From: Anthoceros angustus
Taxonomy: Eukaryota > Plantae > Anthocerotophyta
DNA length: 64,000 nucleotides
Assembly (NCBI GenBank): GCA_010909165.1
Contig: MU008187.1
Location: 66,247-130,246, forward strand
Direction of reading: 5' to 3'
Part shown: piece by piece, positions 47,197 to 60,700 of the stretch
Layout: each line of letters opens with the position of its first letter
Position numbering within the stretch: position 1 is the stretch's first letter
Position numbers and translations under genes: made by a program
The notes under the pieces: model-generated
What the model was told of the DNA's origin: nothing
The model's database searches: none
What the model saw: the letters and a program-made list of their open reading frames with translations, nothing else

Positions 47197-50100
47197 TGTG
47201 GTGTGGATTGTGTCGAGGGGACACCGTGAGGTCCACATTCACCCTCAATGTCGTTAGGCTTAGGATTCGCTCCCAAGGGAATGGTTTGTGCCGAGGCGCT
47301 AACTTCTATCGCTCGACCTTCACCTAAGTCAAGACTTACTTGCTATTACTCCTCTTACCTATCTACTCAACCACTACTACCCCCTGTCTACTACCGACTC
47401 TTATTCCACCAAATCTCATTCCACGACCGGTGCTCTCACCATAGTTGCTTCGACCGGTGGGTCCCACACCAAACCCTAGCGACTTATTTCCGTAGCCGCG
47501 GATCCCAGGCGTCCACAGCGTGCGGATCGGCTTTATTCGCACTCCACATGCACACACATTCCTAGGGACCTAAATTCCACAAATCCTCACACTCACACAC
47601 ACAAAGGGCCACACTCACACACACAAGGGCTGTTCCCCTTGTGCACTTTCCACAGCACGGTTTGGTTTCTTTTGGATTCACACAATTCTCCACTTGCTAG
47701 CCTCTCAATTAGTTCCCTTCTCAACCTCTCACACGCCAGCGTCTGATGTTTAGTCACTCCTTCACCCAATCTTCTCCTCTCTCTCTCTCCCTCAACGCGC
47801 AGCTTCAACCATCCACTCAACACTTCTCTCTTTGAACACAACTAGGGGACAAGTGTGAAGGAAAAAAGAACCCCAGGCGTCACGGGCGTTGAGCAAGCTC
47901 GGACCCGCCCGCGATCCCTTGGTTTCCTCCTCCTTTGTCGCAAGATTGCTTTCACCCTCCTCCCTGCGGAGCAAGCTCGACCACCCCAGGGCGTCTGCGC
48001 ACCGCCTCATCAATCGGACGTCTCCAACCAGCCCCAGGCGTGGGGATCTCAACCGGGGTTATCGCGTGAGGGACCTAATTGCCCCTCTTATACATCGGTG
48101 GGGCACCACGGATTTTAGGTCCTAAGATGGCTATCAAGGGCCACAATTCGGGCGATCCTAGGTCGATCAGCATCCTAACCAAATTATCTTTAGGTTGCTA
48201 CCACCTCGCCTCGCTGTCTGCGCTACCTCGACTTGGCCGTCACGGCCCCTCGTCCTCCATTCGCCGCCACGAGCTCTCCGCCACGCGGTCGGACGGGTTC
48301 TCCACACTACTTCCACCTCACATCGCTGCTGGGCGTCGAATTTGAGGTGTACCACCCAGCTTCGCATCTTCGGCCGCCTATTCTTGAGGATTATTACGGT
48401 TCCTCGTCCACCCAAGCTGGACCTCCTCCTCAACTCCTCCAAAGTCGCCTCCATAATAGGGGCCAACCCCACACCGGCGCGTGGTAGAAGTATGCACGGG
48501 TCCTCACTTGCGATGGGTAGGCCCTGATCCCTCCTATTTCCACACGCACATGGGCGGTGAGGTTAAGCCACGTTCTCCATTCACATATAGACCGGGCACA
48601 TAAGTTTCCTCATCCATGTGCGTAATATAATAGGACCCCTCTGCGGTGAGGTGCTTACCCTCCTCCCGTAGGCTACACAGTTGCACAGCCTATGTCCTCG
48701 CGAGGCGCCACGTCGCACTGGCCCGCCCACTTCCGGGTTGGTTGCGCCAATGGTGGCGGTTTCGACTACGGTAGTGGACTCCACGGTCGTTTTCGGCCAA
48801 CATGTAGGTGAGGTTCGGCTACCTCGGTTCTTTGCTTCCTTCCTCGGTAGGCCTTCCGCTACTCCGATCGTGGTCACCTTCCTTCCCTTTGTCTTTTCGG
48901 CCACGTGCCTCATCCGCTCCCTTATATCGCTCCGCTAGCTTATGGGCCTTTTCCAGGGGCCGCTTCACTCCCGGGCTCGCAACAACTCCCCACCATCTCG
49001 GTTCGTCTCGTGGGCATCCTTAATTTGAGCCATGAGTGCTTCCTGGCGCTCGTCATGGCAACTTCTCACAGGCCTGCACAAATCTTCTTGAATCTTGGCC
49101 CTTATTTCCTCTAGGTTCGCTTGTCTTCCTCCAGTTGCTTGCGCTTGGCCTCCTCTTCGTCAAACGGCCTTCACCACTTCCTCCGTCCGCACAGGCGGTG
49201 AGAGCTAAAGCTTGATCCAACAAATCCCTTGGGCGGATCATCGGCGTGGTCGGCTCCTGCAAGTCCACTTGTTGCGGCCCCCGCGACGCCATCCCTCGAG
49301 AACTTTCCTCCCCAGTGCACCCTCACTCGGTTGCATCCACCTCTGTTGCGGTGGAGTCCCTTGAAAATCTCTTCCCATCTTTGAGGAGGGTCCGCCTCGA
49401 GGCCTAAACCCTCGGAGTTGATTCATCATGCATCCAGTCGGCAAAATTGTCCTCGGATCGCGCCTCCTCTTACCTCCAGCTGGTTTGGCTTTCATTTTCT
49501 GTGGCGCCCGTTTTCGACACAGTGACCGCGCATCCTTCACCTTTTGATGCCTTTCACCCCGGTCTTCCTCCTTTTCTTTGGAATTTCCTTCTCCTCCTCC
49601 AGGCTGTCGCCCACTCCCAGCTATCGATTTTTCCTCCTTGGGCTCCTCCGCCTTCCATTTCACCTCCCTAAGGCTTCCACATGTGGAGGAGGCTACAATC
49701 TCCACCTCTGGCGCAGTTAGCGTAAACATAAAGATGGACGAAATGGTGAGATTAGAGAGGCCGAGGCGGAGGAAATCAAGTTCAACCTCTCTTCACACAA
49801 CTTGTCGAGAGAATTCGCTTCGATCTTCGCCCTTGACCACTTCATGAAGGCAGCAAGTGGTCGGACAAATAATCGCTTCTTGTCTTTGCGGAAACATAGG
49901 AACCATGGCGGACCCATCAACTGCTGTTGCCAAATCCCTCAACCCGTTGGGTTCGGTCGCTTTAACGGGCGGTGCTGCTTTCTTGTGCTTCTTTTCAGCG
50001 GCTCCATCACCAAACCCGCCCTCCTCCTTGCCCGCCCATACACCCTTCTAACCGGCTCGGTCCCAATCCTGCGGCTTCTAAATCCCTTTGGTGCTGTCCT

Positions 50101-50912
50101 TGGTGGCCCGCACCTCCACCAGTCCCAGTTCATGTAATTCCACCGCTCTTCCATGAAACCCGGCTTGACTCCTTCACCCCGGCTCCATCGAACTTTCCAA
50201 TGATCCATGTTGGCCATTGGGCAAGCACAATTTGGTGGTGACCTTGGGCGCCATCCCTCCCGGTCTTCTGGTCTCGCGCCACAACCAGCGCCACCGCGAA
50301 TTTCACGGAGGTCGGTCTCGGGTTCCTACCTCCTCGGCAAGGAGGCGCGCGTCGCGCCTTCCTCCTCTGCGTCGCGCCTCGCGATGTCGCGTGAGGTTGA
50401 GCTCCTTCCCGTTGCGCCTCGCGCCCTCCTGGATCACGGTGCCCCAGGACCGCGGCTCCTCGACTTGTCGCGCTGGCCGTCGTCGCGCTCCGCCGCTCGC
50501 TCCGTCCGGCCGCCGTTGCGCTCCGTTGTTTGAGCAGGATTACATCATTCCTAGGGTTAAGTTTCCCGGGTTCCCCTACTCTGTTCGACCTCTGACTTTC
50601 CCAATCCACAACCCACACTCATTCGGCTACGCGCGTGGTCGACCCCAACTTATAGACTCTAATTATTCCAAACCCCCTATCACATATATAGACTTTTTTT
50701 TAGGAACATTCGAGTCCATGGGCCAAGGAACACCAAATTCCCGGACCATTTATTTTTAACCTAGGCAATAAAACAAAAGAACTCCATAGGCCAAGGACAT
50801 TTTACTATGAATATCCCCAACTACGTCACCACGACTTATTTTCCACTCCACCAAAAACAAAAAAATTCACTTGAGGCACATTTTACGGGGTTTCGAGACT
50901 AGATCGTTTACA
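47197..50912 (-). repeat. Element M 5' LTR (about 3.72 kb)
   Basis: Collinear with 30203-33941; followed on the minus strand by the PBS-like motif. Confidence 0.88.
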
Positions 50913-52010
50913 AGGAGGAAGTATGTGGGATAGCGTGAGGCGAGGTAACAACCTAAAGATAATTTGGTTAGGATCTTTGCTTGGACCTAGGATCGCTCGA
51001 GTGTGGGCGCGTCTCTTGGCGATAGCCATCTTGGGACCTAAAAATCCAGGCGGTGCCCGGCCCGATGTATAAGAGGGCGGTGGGTCCCTCACGTCGGATA
51101 ATTCTGGTTGAGATCCCCACGCTGCACTGTGGCTGGTTGGAGACGTCCGATTGCGGAGGCGGTGTGCGAGGCGCTCCTAGGGGTGGAGCTTGCTCCTGGG
51201 GAGGAGGGGTGATAAAGCAATCTTCGACAAAGGAGGAGGAAACCAAGGGATTGGCGGCGGCGGTCTCGGAGCTTGCTCACGCCTGTGTGGCCGGGGTTCT
51301 TCTTTCCTTCACACTTGTCCCTAGTTGTGTTCGAATTAGCGAGAAGTGTTGAGTGGATGGTTGGAAGCTTGGCGAGTTGAGGGAGAGAGAGAGAGAGAGA
51401 AGATTGGGTGAAGGAGTGACTAAACAGCGATGCGAGGTGTGAGAGAGGGTTGAGAAGGGAACTAATTGAGAGGCTAGCGGTGGAGATTGTGTGAATCAAA
51501 AGAAACCAAACCGGTCTTCTGGTGGAAGCGTCAAGGGGAACAGTTCCTTTAAAGTTGTGTGAGTGTGGCGCCCTTTGTGTGTGTGTGTGGAGCGGTGAGG
51601 ATTTGTGGAATTTAGGTCCCTAGGAATCGTGTGTGTGTGCATGAAATGTGGAGTGCGAGAATAAAGGATCCGTGCACGGTGGGCCGCCCGCGGGGATCCG
51701 CGCGCGCTCGGAAATAAGTCGCTAGGGTTTGGGTGTGGGACCCACCTCGGTGGTCGAAGCAACTACCGGTGAGAGCCCGGTCGTGGAAAGTCGTGGAATA
51801 AGAGGCTGGTATGGACAAGTCGGGGGTAGTAGTGGTTGAGTAGATAGGTAAGAGGAGTAATAGCAAGTAAGTCTTGACTTAGGTGAAGGTCGAGCGATAG
51901 AAGTTAGCGTCTCTTGGCACAAACCATTCCCTTGGGAGCGAATCCTAAGCCTACGACATTGAGGGTGAATGTGGACCTCACGGTGTCCGGACACGAATCC
52001 ACACTCCACA
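50913..52010 (+). repeat. Element P 5' LTR, second part
   Basis: Resumes at ..GATAGCGTGAGG..CAACCTAAAGATAATTTGG matching about 60305 onward; ends CCACA before the PBS. Confidence 0.88.
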
Positions 52011-52399
52011 TTTTGGCGCGCGGAATGGAAATCATCAAGGACGTGGGGAAGGACTAACCCTAGCTTACGTAGAGTCTAGCATTACTAGATTGATGGATGC
52101 CTCGGGTGGAGACAAGCGATTCGATCGTGGGGAAACGCTTCGCAAGGCGGCAACGCCCGGAAAGATTGAGAGTTACGAGGAGAGCAGGCGGAGATCACAC
52201 TTCGGACGAGGAAGGGGAGTCAACTCGGAACTAGGGATCGGATCTTAGATTGATTCCCAACCTGAGCGGTACAAGGGCCGGTACCCATTCCACCTTGTCT
52301 TTTGATCTCGCTCCAGTGCCTAGATCCGCGTCCGTCAAACTTCGTGAATGTAGAGTCGGTCGGGTAGTGGCGCGTCAACTACATCGTTGAAAGTACTAC

Positions 52400-55300
52400 C
52401 CGGTAGCCAGCGATCTCGGTGCTCGTTACTAAGCAATCTTACCGTTATGGAGAAAAGAAGGGCCATGAGGATCCCGACGAGTTTGTCGAGCGTTTTTGAG
52501 CGCTTGCCAACGGAGGATGCGCATGTTTTATGGAGTCTTACGCGGGCGGCCAAGTGGTACAAGCGGGAGTACATAGCTTCGCCACACCTACTTTGGGGCC
52601 TTGAGAGAGCTTTTGTGAAAGGTTGAGAGGGTCGATGTGGAAGGATATGTCTGTCCAAACTCGAGGGATTGCGGAGAGGGAAGAAGGAGACACGCAGCTT
52701 ATGTGGAAAGGTTCCACCTACGGATCTGGTCCGCACAGCTAATGGCCATTGGTTTGCAAGAGGATTGGGCGAGATGGGAAGGCACGTCGTCTCGGTGAGA
52801 AAGATTTGGATCGGGCGATTAAAGGCGCTCCGAACTAGGAGTCCAACGGAGAGAAGAAGAACTCGAACAAGGCACGGAAGGACAAAAGAAATACAAAAGA
52901 AGAAGAAGTACTATATTCCTCCGATGGATTCAGCGGAGGAGGATAGTCTTCAATGACTCCTCGGGTAGCTCACGGAAGAGGAGACCGGCGAGGATTCGGA
53001 GGAGAATTTCGTCAAGGTGAGCGCAAGGGATAGAAGGAAGAAGGAAAAAATGGGAAACAAGACGACGTGCAAAAGGGAAGGGCTATATGCACGAAAGGGA
53101 GCAGTGAGAAGAGAGGTGGAAACAAGAAAAAGTGGAGCAACAAGGGAACAAGATGGAGGAAATGATGGTCAAACCGAGAAACTCCATCTTAATGCCATCA
53201 AGGACCATGATAGAAGAAGGGTTGCTCGGAGCGCGGGCGAATCTCTCGCTCAACTTGTGGACAGAGGGCACTCGAATCGTCCACAAACAAAAGTGCAACC
53301 ACGGGCTCGAGGAGGAGGATGAGGAGATGTGCTTGGAAGATACATACCAAATTCAAGAGGCAACACCGATCTCTGGGTACCAAAACTTTGTACCTCGAGT
53401 TTGCGAAACCCCGGCATGGGCATTCGCAATCGGATGGGAACCCCGCAAATGAGTGCCGTCAGTTACAATTGAGGGTTCGGGCATCTTGCTGGATGCCCCT
53501 CCGCATCTCGCCAGGGAATGGTGATTTTGAAAGGCTGTGGATGCAAGCAATCGAGTCACGTGGCCGCGTCTGCCGGACAAAAAACAGTGAGGATCGCTCA
53601 ACCTCCGATTCTGGCCACCCCGCATGACAAAGCCTGCCCGCAATGCAAGTCGAAGATGCGCTCATGGGCGTATGGGAGGATTCCGAGGCACGGTGTCGAG
53701 GAGCCCGGAAGGGTTGGGGATGTGGATAGTGGGTATTACGGAACTCCCGCGATGGGCTCGGACGAGGCGAGGAAGGCGGACACCCTAAGAAGGGGGGCGA
53801 GGGAAAAAAGGAAGAAGAAGAGTGGGAGCTTCCATAACGTCCGCAAGTGAGGAGGAAGAGGCGTCTTCATCAGCGGGAAGGAAGAGTCCAACCACAAAAA
53901 CGAGGGACTCGGTATGGAGTCGGCGAAAAAGAAAGGGCATGCGAATCCAGGACGGGAGCAAGGCACGACGCCACACTTAACGCGAGGGTTGCGATTTTGG
54001 ATGGCATCACGGTGTAACTCCCTTAGCGAGACCGCGGATTCGAGGGTGAAGTGCAAAAGCAGGGGGCAGTGGGACTCGAGTCGACACATGGGCGAAAAAC
54101 CCGCAAGAGGAAAAAAGGATGAGTCGGCGTTTCCGATGTCGGGAAGGTTATGGATATGATCCGACAAGAACGAACAGACTCAACGGTCGTACCTTTGGCC
54201 AACCACGACCCACCCTCGGCTTTTTGACCGCAACATCTCAAAAGCTCATGCTTGAAATGACGGTGGGGTTGGCAAGGAGAAAGCCACACGGTGTTCCTTT
54301 CAATTTGGCGGACGCTATCATGGACCAAAAGTTCATGATAACGTTGACGACTTCTCAGGACAATCGCATCGCCAAAGGTGGGGCATTGAAGGCACAACCC
54401 AAGAAGAGAACCTTTCCACCCCAAGGCAAATCCCTTCTGTGAATATGGTGGCCATGATGGACCGGTCTGTGAGCTCTGAGATAGAAATTGCGGGATGTGT
54501 AATCAAGAAGGTGCCGCTAGATTCCGGTCGAGTCAACATCATGACGAGGAGACCGCTCGGAAGCTTGGGTTGCGTGAGAACATAAAAATCTTGGGGCGGA
54601 CATGTCCAAAATGGCCATAGAGGGGAGTCCTAACCCATATTGGTACCATTCCGCACCTCATGGACTACGTGGTCATTAAACAAAAAGCGCGCCAGGTATG
54701 AGGTTCTCATTGACGAACATGGATGTATGGGGCACGTTGCACCTTCAAATGGGCGAGAAGGAAGTGGGATTCAAACCTCTGGGACCCCAAAATTAAGGAG
54801 GAAGGATATGTTTGACTTGGAGCAGAGATACGTCGTGGGGAGACACCCAACGGAGGGATACACCTCTGAAGATACCTGGAGAGGATGAGAAGGAGAAATT
54901 CCCATTCGCACATATTTCGTCGATGAAGAGGACGATTCGGAGAGATATTCCCATTCCATCAACCTATTAGGGTGCTATGGAGTCACAATTGACAACCCGG
55001 TGGTCGGGGAGGAGACCGGAGGCCGGAGGTCGAGGAACAAGAAGAGGTGGGCGAGCCGGGGCGATCCTGGACAAACTTCGGAGGTGCGAGGAGGTGTCTC
55101 ACGTTTTCTCGACGACCTATTCGGAATGGGGAATGCCAAGGAGAACCAAGACAGTAGGAGGAAGGGTTGGCATCACATCCGCGCCGGTGGAGAGAGAGTG
55201 CAGACGGATGAGGTCAAGGATGTGGAAGTGTTGCGGCAAGGTCCTTAAGTTTTCGAGCAGGATGAATGCGGACTTGGAAAGGGGTATGAACTTATGAATT

Positions 55301-57700
55301 TATCCACGTTTTGCTTTTGACGTTACGGACATGAAGGGTATACCGAGGGAGTGGGGAGCACAAGATTGATCTCGAGCCGGGTGCCGTGCGGTCGGATCTG
55401 CAATACAAGCTAAATCCAAAGTATTCATGAAGGTAAAGGAACAATTGGAGCTTTACTTGCGACGTCATATATCCTATTGTGACATCGGTGGGTAGCCCCA
55501 ATTGTGGTGGTTCCCAAAAAGCGAAGGGAAGATACGTGCCAGATTGGAGGAAGTTAAACAAGGTGACCAAAAAGACCATTACCCGCTTCCATTCATAGAC
55601 AACATCTTGGACTTAGTTGCGGGAGAATGGTCTACTGCTCGGATGGGTATTCGGTATAACCGCTACATCTCGGGAGAGTGATTGGCCCTACCTTCACTAC
55701 GGGAACCTATGCCTACAAACGGAGCGTTCGGATTAACAGGGCACCGTGATCCTTCATGCGACGTTGTCAAGATTTTCAAGGAATACCTTAGGGACTTCAT
55801 GGAGGTCTTCCTGGATGACTTCGTGTTTGGGCGAAGATCACCTCAACCACCTTCGCAAATGTCCGGAACGGTGTCAACGACAATTGTGTCTACATCCCGA
55901 GAATGTTATTTCGGCATGCGGTATTTTGTTGGGGCACCGCATTTGCTGGGGATAGAGGTCGACCGGATAAGGTCAAAATCATTCGCCTCAAGCCACCTAC
56001 CACACAAGGAGCTTAGGGATTCCTCGGAATGGTAGGCTATTATCAAGGTTTGTGAAGAATTTCTCCGTAAGGGCGCTCACATGCAGCAAGGACCGGTGGT
56101 GGGAATGGAAAAAAGCGAGGAGGCCTTCAATGATCTTCGCACCACCACATCACGGACCCACGCCGGGGCACGAACAAGAAGTTCCACGTAGGCGTTTGCC
56201 TATGCAATCGGTACCATTCTAAGCCAAAGGGATGACAAGAAGCACGATTATCCAATCTATTATGCGGGAGGCTCGACGAAGAAGTATACCACCACCGAGG
56301 AGGCGCTAGGATGGTGTACTCGGTTCAAGTTTTCGCTATTTGCTATCCTACGAGTTCGTCTTCCATGTGGACCACTTCGCCTCAAACACCGGTAAACAAA
56401 AGACTTGTCGGACGCATAGCAAGATGGATCCTACTCGCAAGAATTCACGTTCACGGTGGAGACCAGAGGAGGAGTAAACATGTGAATGCAGATTACATTT
56501 CGAGGTGAAACAGAGGAGGTTACACAGACCGACGATTTTCCGATGAAGCTCGTCATGAGAGTTAGAGGGGGCGGCCTATAAGGCGAGGGTAAATGGTGGC
56601 TCGGCAGAAATGAGAAGGGAGAACGGATACACAAGGCCCACTCACGAGGAGATGATGGAATTCGAACGGGAAAATACCATCGGATCTTTCGAAACCCCGG
56701 GCGTTTGTGCACTATTCGCGTCCGTTTATGCAAAGACAATCTGTCTCGGACCGGATGGGCGGGGCAGTTATGGGTAACAAGGAGCGGGTTATCCGAGTGT
56801 GAGAGATGCACGAGGGGAAGCGGAGGACATTTCGCACATATCACGTGCAAGAAGGTGCTTGAAACGGGTATGGTGGCAAACCATGCATCGGGATGCTAGG
56901 AGTTTGTTAAACGCGATGCCGCCGAGGGTTGGGAAACCGTCGCAACCACTCAATGGCCAATGGTTCCGATATTGGCCCGCGCCATTCGAGAAATGGGGAA
57001 TAGACTTTGTTGGTCCCATACACCAAAACGAGGGGACAAAACCAATACATCCTCGTGGCCACAGACTATTGCGCGTATGGTGGAAGCCCAAGCACTGCAG
57101 TAGACACACTCATGTAGTGGCGGGTTCCTCTATGAACATTATCACTCGATATGGTCTCCCTTGGAGCTTGTCGGAGAGGGTCACATTTTCAACGGTTATA
57201 TCTCATATGACGATCTACTTCAACGCTTAGCCAGAAAACGACTCCTTATAATCCCAAGGCAAATGGCTTAACGAAAAGGCGAATGGGCTCTTGTGCGGGA
57301 TCCTCAACAAGCTAACGGTGGAATACGCGTCTGGGATCTTAAGCTTCACTCCGCGCATAGATCTGCAGAGAAAATAACAACGCAACAAACACCGTACCTC
57401 ACCTACGGCCATTCTCCTAATGCCTATTGAGTTTGAAATTCCCACCGCGTATCCAGAAACTAACCGCATGGAGGAAAGTCGGTCGCCGTCGCTTCGCTAA
57501 ACATACGAGGGATAGGCAGGCGTTGAGTCATGCAGATATTCAGCGAACGGAAAATATGGCATGACAATCGGTTGCGAAGCAAGAGTGGGTAGTCCCTGAC
57601 TTGGCCTCATTGCGACAATAGGTACATGCACTTTCCGGCAAGCTCCACCTTCTGGATGGGGCCATATAAGTCTCGTCTTGACAATGGCCATACAAGCGCA
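52400..57700 (+). pseudogene. gag-PR-RT-RH-INT polyprotein of P (frameshifted)
   Basis: Domain motifs appear in gypsy order across several reading frames (see element P entry). Confidence 0.88.
56608..56621 (+). promoter_or_regulatory. Internal copy of the 3' PPT (candidate second plus-strand primer)
   Basis: AAATGAGAAGGGAG, identical to the 3' PPT; also present at 35136-35149 (M, minus) and 41460-41473 (B). Confidence 0.55.
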
Positions 57701-57782
57701 GAGTTAGCGTGGACCTCCACTACCACCCGAGTCAATGGGTGGAGGGTCAAGAAGTATTATACATAAGTTGGCGGGGGCCAAC

Positions 57783-57798
57783 AAATGAGAAGGGAGTA
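57783..57798 (+). promoter_or_regulatory. 3' polypurine tract of P
   Basis: AAATGAGAAGGGAGTA directly before the TG at 57799. Confidence 0.85.
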
Positions 57799-60700
57799 TG
57801 TAAGATCTAGTCTGGAAACCCTGTTAAAATGTGAAGTGAATTTTTTGTTTTTTGGGAGAGTGGTGTGAAAATAAGTCGATTTGAGTTGGGGATATTCATA
57901 GTAAAAATGTCCTTGGCCTATGGAGTTCTTTTTGTTTTATTGCCTAGGTTAGAAAATAAATGGTCCGAATTTGGTGTTCCTTGGCCCATGGACTCGGAAT
58001 GTTCCCTAAAAAGTCTATATATGTGAGATAGGGGGTTTGGAATAATTAGAGTCTATAAGTTGGGGTCGGCCGTAGCGAATGAGTGTGGGGTTGTGGATTG
58101 GGATGTGGAAGCGGTCGAGAGGTCTAACAGAGTAGGGGAACACGGGAAACTTAACCCTAGGAAATGAAATCCGTTCAAACAACGGAGCGCAACGGGGGCC
58201 GGGAGCGAGCGGTGGGCGGCGACAGCGGAGTCGAGGCGTGTCGAGCCGTGGAGGGGGCGAGGCGCAACGAAGGGAAGAGCTCACGTCGGCGACATCGCGA
58301 GCAGAGGAGGAAGGCGCGGCGCGCTCCTTGCCGAGGAGGTAGGAACCACAGGCCCGGCCTCAGTGTGGTGGCGTTGGTTTGTGGCGCGAGACCGAAGACC
58401 GTGAGAGAGGATGGCGCCCAAGGTCACCACCGAAATTGTGCTTGCCCAATGGCCGAACATGGATCATTGGAAAGTTCTGAGGGAGGCGGTGAAGGAGCTG
58501 TGGGTTTCATGGAAGAGCGGTGGAATTACATGAACACAGTGGTGCGAGTGTCGCGTCACAAGGAATGACAAGCGATTTAGAAGCCGCGATTGGGACACAG
58601 GCTGGTTGGGAGGTGTATGGGCGGAAGCAAGGAGGCGGGCGGGTTGGTGGTGTGGTGTGCGACCACTTCTTTGCTTTGTTCCTTCATGAAGTGGTCAAGG
58701 CGAAGATCGATTGAGGGGCGAATTCTCTTGACAAGTTGTGTGAAGAGAGGTTGAACTTGATTTCCTCGCCTCGGCCTCTCTAATCTCACCATTTCGTCCA
58801 TCTTTATGTTTACGCTAGCTCGCGGTGGAGATTGTAGCCTCCCTCCACATGTGGAAGCCGGTTAGGGAGGTGAAATGGAAGGCGGAGGAGCCCAAGGAGG
58901 AAAAATCGGATAGCGGGAGTCGGTGGCGGAGGCGGTTGGAGGAGGAAGGAAATTCCCACCAGAAAAGGAGGAAGACCGGGGTGAAAGGCATCGTGAAAAG
59001 GTGAGCGGATGCGCGTCACCAGTCAGCAGGCGCCACATGAAAGCCAAACGGCGGTTGGAGTGGCGAGGAAGAGGAGGCGCGATCCGAGGACAATTTTGCG
59101 ACTGGATGCGATGATGAATCAACTCCGGAGGGTTTAGGGGCGACCTCGAGGCGGACCCTCCTCGGCATGGAAGAGATTTTCAAGGGACTCCAGCAGCAGA
59201 GGTGGATGCAACCGAATTGGTGAGGGTGCGCACCAGGGAGGAAAGTTCTCGACGGAGGGATGGCGTCGGCGGGGCCGCCACAACAAGTGGACTTGCGGGA
59301 GCGACCACGCGTCGATGATCCAAGCATTTGTTGGATCAAGCGGCTTTAGCTCTCACCGGTGCGGCGACGGAGGAGGAAGTGGTGAAGGCCGGGTTTGTGA
59401 AGGAGGCCAAGCGCAAGAGGAAGACAAGCGGAACCTAGGAAATAAGGGCCAAGATTCAAGAAGATTTGTGCAGGCCGGAGAAGTTGAGCCAGCCATGAGG
59501 AAGCACTCATGGCTCAAATTAAGGATGCCCACAGGCGAACCAGAGATGCGGGGGAGTTGTTGCGAGCCCAGAGGCGGAAGCGGCCTCGGTGGAAAAGGCC
59601 CATAAGCTAGCGGAGCGATATAAGCGAGCGGGATGAGGCACGTGGCGGGCGAGAAAAGACAAAGGGAAGGGAAGCGGTGGCAGGACGGGAGTAGCGGAAG
59701 GGCCTAGAAGGAAGCAAACCGAGGTAGCCGAAACCTCACCTACCATGTTCTTTGAGCGAGCGACGTCGAGTCCACTCACATGTCACCGCTACCGACATTG
59801 GCGCAACCGGGCAGGCGGGCGGGGCGGCGGGATGCGACGTGGCGCCTCGCGAGGACATAGGCAGCAACCGGTGTAGCCTACGGGAGGAGGGTAAGCACCT
59901 CAGCAGGGGGTCCTATTATATTACACATGGATGAGGAAACTTATGTGCCGGTCTATATGTGAATGGAACGCGTGCTTAACCTCCATCGTGCGTGTGGAAA
60001 TAGGAGGGATCGGGGCCTACCTCGCAAGTGAGGACCCGGTGCATACTTCTACCTGCGGGTGTGGGGTTTATCGGAGGCGACTTTGGAGGAGTTGAGCGAG
60101 GAGGAGGTCCAGCTTGGGTGGACGAGGCGAATAATCCTCGGCAATAGGCGGCCAGCGGAAGATGCGGAAGCCCAGGCGGTACACCTCAAATTCGGACGTC
60201 CGGCGGTGAGGTGGAAGTAGTGTGGGAGAACCGTCCGAGGGCGTGGCGGAGCTCGTGGCGGCAGCAATGGAGGACGTAGGGCGACGGCCAAGTCGAGGTA
60301 GGGCAGATAGCGTGGTGAGGTGGTAGCAACCTAAAGATAATTTGGTTAGGATCTTGCCCGGACCTAGGATCGCTCCGAATTGTGGGCGCGTCCCTTCGCG
60401 ATAGCCATCTTAGGACCTAAAATCCGGCGGTGCCCGGCCGATGTATAAGAGGGTGGTCCCTCACGCCGATAATTCTGGTTGAGATCCCCACGCCTGTGGC
60501 TGGTTGGAGACGTCCGATTGGGAGGCGGTGTGCGAGCGCTCCTAGGGGTGGTCGAGGCTTGCTCCGCGGGAGGAGGGGTGATAAAGCAATCTTGGCAAAG
60601 GAGGAGGAAACCAAGGGATTGGCGCGGGGTCCGGAGCTTGCTCATGCCTGTGGCCTTGGGGTTCTTCTTTCCTTCACACTTGTCCCTAGTTGTGTTCAAT

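Larger units (their letters stand above)
30203..50912 (-). mobile_element. Ty3/gypsy element M, same family as P, inserted inverted into P's 5' LTR
   Basis: 5' LTR 47197-50912; PBS-like TGGCGCCTGGGAAT at about 47180-47193; gag LYGEKKGHEDPDEFVERFE about 46.7 kb; protease about 44.6 kb; RT split at 36444/43800; RNase H YTTTEREALG about 35.5 kb; integrase 34.1-35.1 kb; PPT 33942-33957; 3' LTR 30203-33941. Confidence 0.9.

Noticed and set aside
55790-55830. RT active site reads FLDD instead of YxDD
   Set aside because: F-x-D-D is normal in Athila-like non-chromoviral gypsy RTs; not novel.
58410-58420. TGGCGCCC inside the LTRs as a second PBS
   Set aside because: It is the ATG GCG CCC start of the LTR ORF and does not follow an LTR end.
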